A stretch of DNA of 64,000 nucleotides from positions 120,356-184,355 of the forward strand of contig JADKHE010000006.1 of assembly GCA_016721925.1 (NCBI GenBank), read 5' to 3'. Source of the stretch: Candidatus Skiveiella danica. GTDB lineage: Bacteria; Pseudomonadota; Gammaproteobacteria; Burkholderiales; Burkholderiaceae_C. A model generated the notes under the pieces. The model was not told where the DNA came from, searched no databases, and saw only the letters and a list, made by a program, of their open reading frames with translations. This document shows positions 35,828-45,867 of this stretch, one piece after another. A program made the position numbers and the translations under genes. Position 1 is the stretch's first letter. The number at the start of each line of letters is the position of its first letter.

Positions 35828-37123
35828 TTGGAGTTGTTGTTCATTCATCAGAATTTTCCAGCGCAGTTCACCCATTTGGCCCCGGCGCTTGCCGCGAAGG
35901 GCCACCGGGTGACGGCTTTGTCCATGCGGCAGGGGGCGCCGGATGTGTGGCAGGGCGTGCACATCGTGAAGTACACGCTGCCACGCGGCAACACGCCAGG
36001 CATTCATCCGTGGGTCGGGGATTTTGAAAGCAAGGTGATTCGGGCGGAGGCTGTTTTCCGCGCCGCTCTGGAACTGAAAGCCGCGGGCTACAGGCCGGAT
36101 GTGATCGTTGCCCATCCCGGCTGGGGTGAAAGCCTTTTTGTCAAAGATGTCTGGCCAGATGCCCGGCTCGGCCTGTATTGCGAATTTTTCTATCGCGCGC
36201 ATGGAGCCGATGTGGGGTTCGACCCTGAGTTCTCGGTGCCTGATTCAGCGATGAACTGCAGGATTCTGGTCAAGAATGCCCACCTGATGCTGCAGTTCGA
36301 TGCCGCCGACGGTGCCTTGTCGCCCACTCGTTGGCAGGCTGACGGTTACCCCGAACCGTTTCGCAGTCGGATCCAGGTTGTACACGATGGCGTTGATACC
36401 CAGGTTGTGGCGCCCAGGCCGGGCATTCGCGTGAACTTCCCAGGCTTGGGGGGGCTGGCGCTGTCCCGACAGGACGAGGTCATTACCTTTGTCAATCGCA
36501 ATTTGGAGCCGGGTCGCGGGTACCACGTGCTGATGCGTGCGTTGCCCGCCTTGCTGCGTCGTCGCCCGAAGGCACATGTGCTGATTGTCGGAGGCGACGG
36601 TTCAAGTTACGGCCCTGCGCCTGCGGATGGATCGACCTGGAAGAATAAGTTTGCCGATGAGGCCCGTGCTCACATGAGCGGCGACGAATGGGGTCGCGTG
36701 CATTTCTTGGGTCACGTGCCGCATGCGCATTTTGTGGGAATCTTGCAACTCTCCAGTGTTCACATTTACCTGACCTACCCTTTTGTGCTGGGTTGGAGCT
36801 TGATCGAGGCGATGAGCGCGGGCTGCGCGATCGTGGCAAGCGCGACACCGCCTGTGCAGGAGGTTGTCGAGCAGAATGTGACGGGCCGTCTGGTGCCGTT
36901 TTTCGATCAGGTGGCGCTCGTCGAAAATGTGTGCGACCTGCTGGATAGTCCGAGCGAGCGCGTGAGGCTGGGTGCCAACGCCCGAGCCAAGGCGATTGCC
37001 GAGTATGACTTGATGACGGCCTGCTTGCCCCGGCAGATGCATTGGGTCGAGTCGTTGGTGCTGCGCCGATCCGGGGCGGCGCCGACAGTTGCGGCACAAT
37101 CGCCCGAGCTGTCTGAACCATAA
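35828..37123 (+). CDS. GT4 (group 1) glycosyltransferase
   Basis: 431-aa ORF with a TTG start 6 nt after AGGAGG. The N-terminus [31 protein letters not shown] and the C-terminal [32 protein letters not shown] fit a GT-B EX7E-type motif region. It is divergent from the T1SS operon. Confidence 0.8.
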   Translation: MELLFIHQNFPAQFTHLAPALAAKGHRVTALSMRQGAPDVWQGVHIVKYTLPRGNTPGIHPWVGDFESKVIRAEAVFRAALELKAAGYRPDVIVAHPGWGESLFVKDVWPDARLGLYCEFFYRAHGADVGFDPEFSVPDSAMNCRILVKNAHLMLQFDAADGALSPTRWQADGYPEPFRSRIQVVHDGVDTQVVAPRPGIRVNFPGLGGLALSRQDEVITFVNRNLEPGRGYHVLMRALPALLRRRPKAHVLIVGGDGSSYGPAPADGSTWKNKFADEARAHMSGDEWGRVHFLGHVPHAHFVGILQLSSVHIYLTYPFVLGWSLIEAMSAGCAIVASATPPVQEVVEQNVTGRLVPFFDQVALVENVCDLLDSPSERVRLGANARAKAIAEYDLMTACLPRQMHWVESLVLRRSGAAPTVAAQSPELSEP

Positions 37124-37137
37124 ACCGAGGCATTTCC

Positions 37138-38031
37138 ATGAACGATGCTGTTGCTTCTGTTTCCCCCCGTGACAAGGCTGAAATACTGGCCCAGGCGCTG
37201 CCCTACATTCGCCGCTTCCATGGCAAGACGCTGGTGATCAAGTATGGCGGCAACGCCATGACCGATCCTGCGTTGCAGGCGGCGTTCGCGCAGGATGTGG
37301 TGCTGCTCAAGCTGGTGGGCATGAACCCGGTGGTGGTGCACGGTGGCGGGCCGCAGATCGAGAGCGCGCTGAACCGCCTGGGCAAGAAGGGCGAGTTTAT
37401 CCAAGGCATGCGGGTCACTGACGCCGAGACCATGGAGGTGGTGGAGTGGGTGCTGGCCGGCGAGGTGCAGCAGGACATTGTGGGCCTGATCAACCAGGCC
37501 GGCGGCAAGGCGGTCGGTCTCACCGGTCGCGACGGCGGCCTGATGCGCGCGAAGAAGCTGCGCTTGCTTGACCCGAAAGACCCGAGCAAGGAGCACGACG
37601 TGGGCCAGGTGGGTGACATCGAGTCGATTGACCCGTCGGTGGTGCGGGCGCTACAGGATGACCAGTTCATCCCGGTGGTGAGTCCGATCGGTTTTGGTGC
37701 GGCCAACGAGAGCTACAACATCAATGCCGACGTGGTGGCCGCCAAGTTGGCCACGGTGTTGCAGGCTGAAAAGCTGCTCATGCTGACCAACATCCCCGGT
37801 GTGTTGGACAAGCAGGGCCAGCTGCTGACTGAGCTGACGATGCGCCGCATCGACGAGTTGGTGGCCGACGGCACGATCAGCGGCGGCATGATTCCCAAGA
37901 TCGCCGGCGCGCTGGACGCCGCTCGCAGCGGGGTACATGCGGTGCACATCATCGACGGCCGCGTGCCGCATGCGATGCTGCTGGAGATCCTGACCGACCA
38001 GGCCTACGGCACGATGATCCGAAGTCATTGA
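37138..38031 (+). CDS. argB: acetylglutamate kinase
   Basis: 297-aa ORF with [31 protein letters not shown] and [26 protein letters not shown], a textbook ArgB. Confidence 0.95.
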   Translation: MNDAVASVSPRDKAEILAQALPYIRRFHGKTLVIKYGGNAMTDPALQAAFAQDVVLLKLVGMNPVVVHGGGPQIESALNRLGKKGEFIQGMRVTDAETMEVVEWVLAGEVQQDIVGLINQAGGKAVGLTGRDGGLMRAKKLRLLDPKDPSKEHDVGQVGDIESIDPSVVRALQDDQFIPVVSPIGFGAANESYNINADVVAAKLATVLQAEKLLMLTNIPGVLDKQGQLLTELTMRRIDELVADGTISGGMIPKIAGALDAARSGVHAVHIIDGRVPHAMLLEILTDQAYGTMIRSH

Positions 38032-38127
38032 GCGACGGGCAGGTGAGCGCGCCTCAATCGGGTGCGCGGCAGGTACCTGTCTTAGCACAAACCCTAAGGG
38101 GGACTGTGCGAGAATCTTTCCCTCCCT

Positions 38128-38784
38128 GTGCCAGACACCATGTCCGACTTCGAGTCCCGTTCCGTTGCCGTACCCGCCGACCCCGATGCTGCAGTTCCGG
38201 CGCGCAAACGACCCAAGCCGGGCGAGCGGCGCGTGCAGATTCTGCAGGCGCTGGCAAGCATGCTGGAGCAACCCGGGGGCGAGCGCATCACCACCGCTGC
38301 ACTGGCCGCACGTCTTGGGGTGAGCGAGGCGGCGCTGTATCGGCATTTTGCGAGCAAGGCGCAAATGTTCGAGGGACTGATCGAGTTCATCGAGCAGGCG
38401 GTGTTCGCGCTGGTCAATAAGATTACCACAGCGAGTCCTGAAGACGGTCGGCAAAAGGTCGCGCGCATCGTGGCCATGCTGCTTCAGTTTGGCGAGAAGA
38501 ATCCCGGAATGGCGCGGGTGATGGTGGGCGACGCCCTCGTATATGAAAATGAACGGCTGCAACAGCGCATGAACTTGTTCTTTGACAAAGTCGAGGCGAC
38601 ACTGCGCCAGACGCTTCGCGAAATGGCGGCCACCAGCGGGTCGATCTCGCCCACCGCGGATGCGCAGGTCCTGGCGTCGGTGCTGACGGCGTTTGCGGTG
38701 GGCCGGCTGCAGCGTTTCGCACGCTCGGGATTCAAGCGGTTGCCTTCGGAGTATTTGGACGCTGCCCTGACCAGGATGGTGTGA
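38128..38784 (+). CDS. slmA: nucleoid occlusion factor SlmA (TetR family)
   Basis: PGERRVQILQALASMLEQPGGERITTAALAARLGVSEAALYRHFASKAQMFEGLIEFIE matches the SlmA N-terminal HTH. The argB-slmA adjacency is typical of Burkholderiales. An alternative start is ATG 38140. Confidence 0.85.
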   Translation: MPDTMSDFESRSVAVPADPDAAVPARKRPKPGERRVQILQALASMLEQPGGERITTAALAARLGVSEAALYRHFASKAQMFEGLIEFIEQAVFALVNKITTASPEDGRQKVARIVAMLLQFGEKNPGMARVMVGDALVYENERLQQRMNLFFDKVEATLRQTLREMAATSGSISPTADAQVLASVLTAFAVGRLQRFARSGFKRLPSEYLDAALTRMV

Positions 38785-39066
38785 AATATGTCGGACTTGG
38801 GCGTTGTGCCTTTGGCGCCTGTCGGGGGAGCGGTGCATCCCTATGAAGACGGTGTCGTATCTCGCCAGTCGAATACCGTGAGAAACGATTCCCAAACCTC
38901 TGCTTCTGACTGGACCAGGAATTCGAGGGAGCTTCAGTGGACTGGGGTGAGCGCATACGGGCATGTTCGGGGCGGTTGCGCGCCATGGTCTGAGCTCCAA
39001 TGGCTGGCGTTACAGGCAGCGTGATTGGTTGGGCCATGTTCGGCCAGGCGTCGGTACCGCAGTCGG

Positions 39067-41274
39067 TCAGACATATTCGATCCCGGTCTGCTGCAAACCG
39101 ACCAGGTTGATGTGAGACTGATTCATCTCCAATCCTGAAATCGTCGCCAGAAACTGTGCCTGACTGAAGTTTGCATTTCGTCCATCCATGAAGCTCACCA
39201 GCCAGTCGGTAACCGCAGCATCGGCTTCGCCTCCTGTCACGTTCCGAAAGGCCATCTGTGCCAAGGCCGTGTCGGTGCCCGCGCCCGCAATTTCGTTGAC
39301 CAGGCCCACGTCTATCGCCAATTGAAAGACTTCCAGCACGCTTGATCCCTCATCGATCAGGCCAAGGATTGCTCCAATGGCAGGGGGGACTTTTATCAAA
39401 GATGGCGCCAGGACACCTGCAATCGCCACGGCTTGACCGGCGTGTTCTTCGGGCCCGAGGTCCAGTGCGATCCTTCTGTCGGAGAACTTCAGCCGTTCAA
39501 TGTCTGTCAGTTGATCAATGCCTTCAACGCCGTGCAAGTCCTGAACGCTCCAGCGCCCTGAGGCGATTGCCAACTGGAAATGCTCGCGAAGGCCATCGAA
39601 CCGTGCTGTATCGATACCTGGGCCACCATCCAGTCGGTCGTTGCCGTCCTCGCCACTGAGGGTGTCATTTCCAGCCAGGCCCACCATCTGGTCGTCCAGG
39701 GAGGTGCCGATGAGCAGATCGTCATCGTCGCTGCCGGTGATGAAGGCATTGGTGCCGCGTACGGTGACCACGATATTCTGGGTCATCCCTCCAGCCGTCG
39801 ACACGCTGAATGTGTCGGTCGAGGTCTGGCCCAGTGCAAGGGCCTGGACGTTCATCGCGGAGATCGATAATTCGTACGACCAGTTACCGCTGGAGCCAAT
39901 GGAAAACCTGCCGTATGTACCGACCGTGTTCTGTTGGCCAATGATGGCCGCGTCCCCGAAGTCGCGATCTGTTGCCGTCAGCGCCCCACCCGCTGTTGTC
40001 GGGCCGTTTCCGCTGACAGTGCCTGTTGTCGTGCCGCCAAAGCTCGTCGGGTCATCAGCGCCGATGATTTTCAAGGCATAGGTTGCGGAAGTGATATCGG
40101 TGCCATCAGACACGGTCATCGTAAATGTCTCAATGGCCTCGTTCTTCAGGCCTTCGATGGCGCCGTCTTCGGGGGTGAACGTGAACAGGCCGTTTGTTTT
40201 GCTGACGGAGAGCGAGCCAAAGGCGCCTCTTGCCTGCACCGTTGAGCCATGGTCTGTGCCAGTCTCGATTCCGTAGGTCAAAGTCGTCCCGGGATCGATA
40301 TCCCTGCCGATCAACCTGCCGAACCTGGGGGCGAAAGCATCGTCTGCTTCAGTATCCTTGTAGGTCCGTGGGTCGACATCAGAAAGAGAGAAGGTGTACA
40401 AACCGCCGTTGTAAAGGCCGGGATCTGTGGCGCGTACCTGGACGTAGTACGTTCCAGCACGGGACACCGGAATCTCGTACGTCGCCAATGCAGCGCCATT
40501 CGATGGTCCGGAACTCCTTGTCGAGAGAACCTGCATCCTGGAGTCATACCAGGACACTGTCCACAACCCGAAGTTCATGATGGATGTGTCGAAGGAAAAT
40601 GCCTGCAGTCCAAACTCGTCGAGCCGGACGCTGAACCAGTCGACGTCGTTTGATCCCGAAAGACCGCCAATCGCCGCGGATGTGAAGGGTGTGGCGAATC
40701 CTTGTAGGTCGTTGTATTCGATTTCGTATATGGTTGGCGGTGCAGTGTCGATCGTGAGCGTGGGCGCGGCGTTGGCGGTCAAGAGCTCGGCTAAGGAAAC
40801 CCGGTTCAGGGCAGGGGCTGCCACCGTGCCTGCCTGAATCTCCAGAATCCAGTCGCCGCCCAGATCTGGCGAGCCTGTGGCATTGGCTGATGCCGCCACA
40901 TCTGCCCCGGTCAGTTGGGCCAGCCGTTCCACAAACAACGCGCCTGCTGTCCCCAAACCCACATCGCATCCGTACAGCAGGATATCCCCGCCGTCGTTCA
41001 GACAGGACCCTATCCGAAGCAGCGTGTCGGCGTAGCGCTCGATGTTCTGGCTGCTCAGTGCGGTGTTTCCCAGCTGAAACGAGCCTTGTGTTCCGTGGGA
41101 AAGGATATGGAGCGAGTCCAGTTGAGCGTGGTTCGCCAAAATGTCCCGCAATTGCAGAACGCCGTCGTGTTGCGCATCAAGCAGCACCCACTCGCTTTCA
41201 TTTGGCAGTTCCCGGATCACTTCCTGATAGTTGGTGATCCCCGAATCGATGACGAACAGATGGCGGGTAGTCAT
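39067..41274 (-). CDS. large secreted adhesin-type protein: DUF4347 N-domain, PPC (pre-peptidase C-terminal) domain, VCBS/cadherin-like repeats, RTX Ca-binding repeats (T1SS substrate candidate)
   Basis: The start is at MTTRHLFVIDSGITNYQEVI. The DUF4347 pattern is present (LHILSHGTQGSFQLGNTAL...GGDILLYGCDVG...LTGADVAASANATG). The PPC-like segment is EIEYNDLQGFATP...SNDVDWFSV...AGTYYVQV. The VCBS-like segment is ETFTMTVSDGTD...TDTFSVSTAGG. The RTX-like segment is GLAGNDTLSGEDGNDRLDGGPGID. There is no signal peptide. Confidence 0.8.
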   Translation of the reverse strand: MTTRHLFVIDSGITNYQEVIRELPNESEWVLLDAQHDGVLQLRDILANHAQLDSLHILSHGTQGSFQLGNTALSSQNIERYADTLLRIGSCLNDGGDILLYGCDVGLGTAGALFVERLAQLTGADVAASANATGSPDLGGDWILEIQAGTVAAPALNRVSLAELLTANAAPTLTIDTAPPTIYEIEYNDLQGFATPFTSAAIGGLSGSNDVDWFSVRLDEFGLQAFSFDTSIMNFGLWTVSWYDSRMQVLSTRSSGPSNGAALATYEIPVSRAGTYYVQVRATDPGLYNGGLYTFSLSDVDPRTYKDTEADDAFAPRFGRLIGRDIDPGTTLTYGIETGTDHGSTVQARGAFGSLSVSKTNGLFTFTPEDGAIEGLKNEAIETFTMTVSDGTDITSATYALKIIGADDPTSFGGTTTGTVSGNGPTTAGGALTATDRDFGDAAIIGQQNTVGTYGRFSIGSSGNWSYELSISAMNVQALALGQTSTDTFSVSTAGGMTQNIVVTVRGTNAFITGSDDDDLLIGTSLDDQMVGLAGNDTLSGEDGNDRLDGGPGIDTARFDGLREHFQLAIASGRWSVQDLHGVEGIDQLTDIERLKFSDRRIALDLGPEEHAGQAVAIAGVLAPSLIKVPPAIGAILGLIDEGSSVLEVFQLAIDVGLVNEIAGAGTDTALAQMAFRNVTGGEADAAVTDWLVSFMDGRNANFSQAQFLATISGLEMNQSHINLVGLQQTGIEYV

Positions 41275-41421
41275 ATCAACATCCTTCAACTGGGAGTTCT
41301 GCTCGATTGTGCGGATCAATTGGAACGGAATACTCATGCGTGCCAGGTCTGCACCCACTTCTGGCATCCTTAGGTCGCTGTCGCCAGCGAGTCCATTCGA
41401 ACGTGAACGTGAGTTCCGGCT

Positions 41422-43119
41422 TCACGGCAGGGTGGTCGCGCGTGTGCCTGGCGGAACGACTTTCAAAGCCCCCAATTTGACCAGCCAGGCCAGACTGGTC
41501 AGGGCGGTGGGGCGCCTGTCCACGGGGAGGGAGTCTGCAAATTCGGCGGCATGTTGCGGACCGCGTGAGGCGGCATGCAGCAGGGTTCGCACCTCTGATG
41601 GGGGCGGGAGGACCGGTTCGGCGAAGTTCACCATCGCCAGTTTTCGGTAGGTGCTTACACGATGTTCGGTGTTCTGCAAGTCGAAATCTGCAAGAGCCAG
41701 CAAAGTCTCCGTCGTGAGAGTGACGGTGGCGTAGCTGGAGAATGTGTGAAACGGATCCATTCTGGCCGGCCAAGGATGTGCCAGCGGCTTCAGCTGGCGT
41801 GCCTTTGAGCTTCGCACCTCTGCCAGTTCATCCCACAAGGCTTCGTACTGCGGAATGATGGCAACCCAGTCAAAAACTTCACGGGCGCGACGCCGGCCTG
41901 CGCTGCCCATTCGGCGGCGCAGGTCACTTGAGGCAAACAGGCTTTCAAAGGCCCGTGCGGTCGCCTGCACATCAATGGCAACCAGTGAGCAGGTATGGCC
42001 ACAGTACCGGTCGTAGCTGTCGATTTCAAGGGCATGGCGTCGCGCCAAGTCGACGCCCTGGCCGGCTGCGGGCATCAGGGTCGGGATCCGAAAACCGTCA
42101 ATGCCGTCGCGCACGGTGTCTTTGTACCCATCCCAATCCGATACGACCACCGGGAGCCCTGCCGCCATGGCCTCCAGCGGCGTCAGGCCGAAGGTCTCCT
42201 GCAGGTTGTCGGAAAGCGAGCAGAAGACGTCGGCGCCTGCCCAGGCGCGCTGGTAGTTATCGCCCTCGCGGCCATCGAGTGCCAATACGCGCACACTTGG
42301 GCAGGCAAGACGGGCAGCTTCAGAAAAGGCCTGCGCGATGGCTGCATTGGAATGCCGACCGCATTCCACCAGAAGTACCTTCTTGCCGTCGTGCAGCGTT
42401 GCAGCGGCCTGTTCCAGGGCCTGGTACATGACGAGGGGGTGAGCCTTGGCATGAAACGAGAGCCTCCCAGAAAACAGCACCACCAGCGTGGACTCGTCAG
42501 CGCACCATGAACGACGAGCTTCCTCTCGCTGTTCACTTGAATGGACGAAGTCCTGGGTGTTGATGCCAAGGGGGATGACTGGCAATTGCGGGTAAACCAG
42601 GCGCTGCGCACCCAGGCGATCAGACAGATAGTCAGTGTGAGCCTGAAAAATTCGCTCAACGACGTTTCGAGCGCCCGTGGAGGTGCAAATGACCGCGTCC
42701 CACGGCTGAACTGGCGCAGTCAACAGGTTCGCCAACCCGTCCATGGCCGAAGCGGTAGAAATGGTGTGCGTGATGCCGCACAGGCTCCAGGCGCCGTGGC
42801 CGAAAGTGGCGCGATGCCAGGCTAGATCGCCGATGTTGGGCGCGGGGAAATACACCGTGCCGGCCCGCGCCAAGTCTGCCAGGTTGGTCCGGCTGACAGC
42901 TTTGACCGGTTCGTTCCGACCGGCCGCCTTGACGGTCTCGACATACTGCCGTGCGTGCTCGGCTTGATCGGACTGCACCCAGAACGAGTCGGCACGGCTG
43001 TGTTTCAGGTAACCCCGCAGGAAGGACTCGCCGGCGGAATTTCGCCCCATCAGCTTGGGGCCGTTCGTGGAATACGCCTCGGGTGTGTAGTAGATGGCGG
43101 CACTCATGGCGGATTCCAT
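41422..43119 (-). CDS. GT4-type (GT-B fold) glycosyltransferase, long form
   Basis: 565-aa ORF with ETFGLTPLEAMAAGLPVVVSDWDGYKDTVRDGIDGFRIPT, an EX7E-type GT-B C-domain. It lies directly upstream of, and on the same strand as, the DUF4347 gene. Confidence 0.75.
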   Translation of the reverse strand: MESAMSAAIYYTPEAYSTNGPKLMGRNSAGESFLRGYLKHSRADSFWVQSDQAEHARQYVETVKAAGRNEPVKAVSRTNLADLARAGTVYFPAPNIGDLAWHRATFGHGAWSLCGITHTISTASAMDGLANLLTAPVQPWDAVICTSTGARNVVERIFQAHTDYLSDRLGAQRLVYPQLPVIPLGINTQDFVHSSEQREEARRSWCADESTLVVLFSGRLSFHAKAHPLVMYQALEQAAATLHDGKKVLLVECGRHSNAAIAQAFSEAARLACPSVRVLALDGREGDNYQRAWAGADVFCSLSDNLQETFGLTPLEAMAAGLPVVVSDWDGYKDTVRDGIDGFRIPTLMPAAGQGVDLARRHALEIDSYDRYCGHTCSLVAIDVQATARAFESLFASSDLRRRMGSAGRRRAREVFDWVAIIPQYEALWDELAEVRSSKARQLKPLAHPWPARMDPFHTFSSYATVTLTTETLLALADFDLQNTEHRVSTYRKLAMVNFAEPVLPPPSEVRTLLHAASRGPQHAAEFADSLPVDRRPTALTSLAWLVKLGALKVVPPGTRATTLP

Positions 43120-43294
43120 TCTAGGGCGTACAGCAGACGTATCGCGGGAAATTGCAGACGGTCGGAATGGGACTCGGGTTTACCCCAGTCTCAGCTAGAT
43201 GTCACCCTCTAGAACGCGTCCTCGACTTGGTGGGTTTCCCGATTTCCTGCAAAATAGCACGATCGTTCGTTTTATTTTGTTTTGTTTGGAATCC

Positions 43295-43993
43295 ATGTCC
43301 GTTACCCAACCCGTCAGCAAAGCCGCCGCGCCGCGCAGCAAGGACGTCGTCCGCGACGGCGGCCGGGAGGGCCGTGCGCTGCTCAAGGGTCAGCAGACCA
43401 AGGCCGCAATTGTCGATGCGGCACTGGCCCTGGCCACGCAGATCGGGCTGGAGGGCTTGAGCATCGGCGCGCTGGCCGAGCTTACGGGCATGAGCAAGTC
43501 CGGCGTGTTTGCCCACTTTGGCTCGCGCGAGGAACTGCAGATCTCGGTGATCCGCGAGTACCACACCCGGTTCGAGCAGGAGGTGTTCTATCCGGCGCTG
43601 CGCGTGCAGCGGGGCTTGCCGCGCCTGCGCGCGATGTTCGGCAACTGGATGAAGCGCACCTCGGCCGAAATCGACTCCGGCTGCATCTACATCAGCGGCG
43701 CGGTCGAGTTCGACGACCGCCCGGGGCCGGTGCGCGACGCGCTGGCCGAGTCGGTCCACATCTGGCTGGCGGCGATGAACCGCGCCGTGGTCCAGGCCCG
43801 CGAGGAAGGCCACCTGCGCGCCGATGCCGACGAGAACCAGGTGGCTTTCGAGATCCACGCGCTGATTCTGGCGCTGCATTACGAGGCCCGCTTCCTCAAG
43901 AACCCCGGCTCGATGGTGCGTGCCACCACCGGCTTCGACAACATCCTTGCGCGTTATGGCGCGCCGGCGAGCGCCTCCGGCGAGCCCCGTTGA
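43295..43993 (+). CDS. TetR/AcrR-family transcriptional regulator
   Basis: The start is at MSVTQPVSKAA. The HTH is LSIGALAELTGMSKSGVFAHFGSREELQ. It lies immediately upstream of the acyl-CoA dehydrogenase gene. Confidence 0.85.
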   Translation: MSVTQPVSKAAAPRSKDVVRDGGREGRALLKGQQTKAAIVDAALALATQIGLEGLSIGALAELTGMSKSGVFAHFGSREELQISVIREYHTRFEQEVFYPALRVQRGLPRLRAMFGNWMKRTSAEIDSGCIYISGAVEFDDRPGPVRDALAESVHIWLAAMNRAVVQAREEGHLRADADENQVAFEIHALILALHYEARFLKNPGSMVRATTGFDNILARYGAPASASGEPR

Positions 43994-44026
43994 TTTTTTG
44001 TTTCTTCATCTTCAAGGAGCCTTCAC

Positions 44027-45823
44027 ATGCCCAGCTATACCCCCCCCCTGCGCGACATGCAGTTTGTGATGCACGAGGTCTTCAAGGTCACGGATGATTT
44101 CAAGGCCATGCCCAAGCATGCCGACATCGATGTCGACACGATCAATGCGGTGCTGGAAGAGGCCGGCAAGTTCGCCACGGACGTGATCTTCCCGCTCAAC
44201 ATCAGCGGCGACACCGAGGGCTGCACGCTCGACCCGGTGACCCATGCGGTGACCACGCCCAAGGGCTTCAAGGAGGCCTACGCCCAGTATGTGGCGGGCG
44301 GCTGGCCGGCGCTGAGCTCCGACCCCGAGTTCGGCGGCCAGGGCTTGCCGCTGGTGGTGAACCAGTGTTTCTACGAGATGATGAACTCGGCCAACCAGGC
44401 CTGGACGATGTACCCGGGCCTCACGCACGGCGCCTACGCCTCGCTGCACATGCACGGCACCGACGAGCAGAAGCAGACCTACCTGGGCAAGATGGTCAGC
44501 GGCGAGTGGACCGGCACCATGTGCCTGACCGAGCCGCATTGCGGAACCGACCTGGGCCTGATGCGCACCAAGGCCGAGCCGCAGGCTGACGGCACCTACA
44601 AGATCACCGGCGAGAAGATCTTCATCAGCGCCGGCGAGCACGACATGGCCGACAACATCATTCACCTGGTGCTGGCCCGCCTGCCCGACGCGCCCCCCGG
44701 CATCAAAGGGGTGAGCCTGTTCATCGTGCCCAAGTTCCTGGTGAACAAGGACGGCAGCCTGGGCGCGCGCAACACGGTCTATTGCGGTGGCCTGGAGCAC
44801 AAGATGGGCATCAAGGCCAACGCCACCGCGCAGATCGTGCTGGACGGCGCGATCGGCACGATGGTGGGTCAGCCCAACAAGGGCATGCAGGGCATGTTCG
44901 TGATGATGAATGCGGCCCGCCTGGGCGTGGGCAACCAGTCGCTGGGCCTGACCGAGGTGGCCTACCAGAACGCGCTGGCCTACGCCAAGGACCGGATCCA
45001 GATGCGCAGCCTGTCCGGCCCCAAGGCCAAGGACAAGCCGGCCGACCCGATCATCGTGCACCCGGACGTGCGCAAGATGCTGCTGACGGCCAAGGCTTAT
45101 GCCGAGGGCGGGCGCGCGCTGGCGATCTTCTGCTCGGTGCTGCTGGAGAAGTCGCACTACCACCCCGACGAGAAGGTGCGCAAGGACAGCGAAGAGATGC
45201 TGTCGCTGCTGACGCCCATCGTCAAGGCCTTCCTCACCGACAACGGCTGGCAGGCCACCATGATGTGCCAGCAGGTCTATGGCGGGCACGGCTTCATCAA
45301 GGAATGGGGCATGGAGCAGTTCGTGCGCGATGCGCGCATCAACATGATCTACGAGGGCACCAACACGATCCAGAGCCTGGACCTGCTGGGCCGCAAGGTG
45401 CTGGGCAACAACGGCGCCACGCTGAAGAAGTTCGGCAAACTGGTGGGCGCGCTGGTGGCCGAGGAAGGTGTCAACGAAAAGATGGCCGAGTTCATCACCC
45501 CGATCGCGGTGCTGGGCGAGCAGATCACCAAATTCACCACCGAGATCGGTTTCAAGGGTTTCCAGAACGCCGATGAGGTGGGCGCTGCCGCGGTGGACTA
45601 TCTGCGCGTGGCGGGGCACCTGGTGTTCGGCTATTTCTTCGCCCGCATGGCCCAGGTGGCGCTGCGCGAGATCGCCGCAGGCAACACCGACCCGTTCTAT
45701 CCGGCCAAGCTGCAGACGGCGCGCTTCTACTTCGCCAAGCTGTTCCCGGAGACGGCGACGCTGATGCGCACGGCCCGTGCGGGCTCCAAGGTCTTGATGG
45801 ATACTGATCTGGCACTGGCCTGA
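44027..45823 (+). CDS. long acyl-CoA dehydrogenase (FadE-like, with C-terminal extension domain)
   Basis: 598-aa ORF with WTGTMCLTEPHCGTDLG, ITGEKIFISAGEHD and YGGHGFIKEWGMEQFVRDARINMIYEGTN. Confidence 0.9.
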   Translation: MPSYTPPLRDMQFVMHEVFKVTDDFKAMPKHADIDVDTINAVLEEAGKFATDVIFPLNISGDTEGCTLDPVTHAVTTPKGFKEAYAQYVAGGWPALSSDPEFGGQGLPLVVNQCFYEMMNSANQAWTMYPGLTHGAYASLHMHGTDEQKQTYLGKMVSGEWTGTMCLTEPHCGTDLGLMRTKAEPQADGTYKITGEKIFISAGEHDMADNIIHLVLARLPDAPPGIKGVSLFIVPKFLVNKDGSLGARNTVYCGGLEHKMGIKANATAQIVLDGAIGTMVGQPNKGMQGMFVMMNAARLGVGNQSLGLTEVAYQNALAYAKDRIQMRSLSGPKAKDKPADPIIVHPDVRKMLLTAKAYAEGGRALAIFCSVLLEKSHYHPDEKVRKDSEEMLSLLTPIVKAFLTDNGWQATMMCQQVYGGHGFIKEWGMEQFVRDARINMIYEGTNTIQSLDLLGRKVLGNNGATLKKFGKLVGALVAEEGVNEKMAEFITPIAVLGEQITKFTTEIGFKGFQNADEVGAAAVDYLRVAGHLVFGYFFARMAQVALREIAAGNTDPFYPAKLQTARFYFAKLFPETATLMRTARAGSKVLMDTDLALA

Positions 45824-45867
45824 TCACGGCCAGGCGAATTTCTTAATCAAATCGAGGAGATCCCATC

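Noticed and set aside
38785-39066. Small ORFs in the slmA / adhesin convergent spacer (38788..39024 plus strand, 38732..39037 minus strand)
   Set aside because: They have no SD and no motifs, and their composition is atypical for coding sequence in this genome. This is probably a plain convergent intergenic region without an obvious terminator hairpin.
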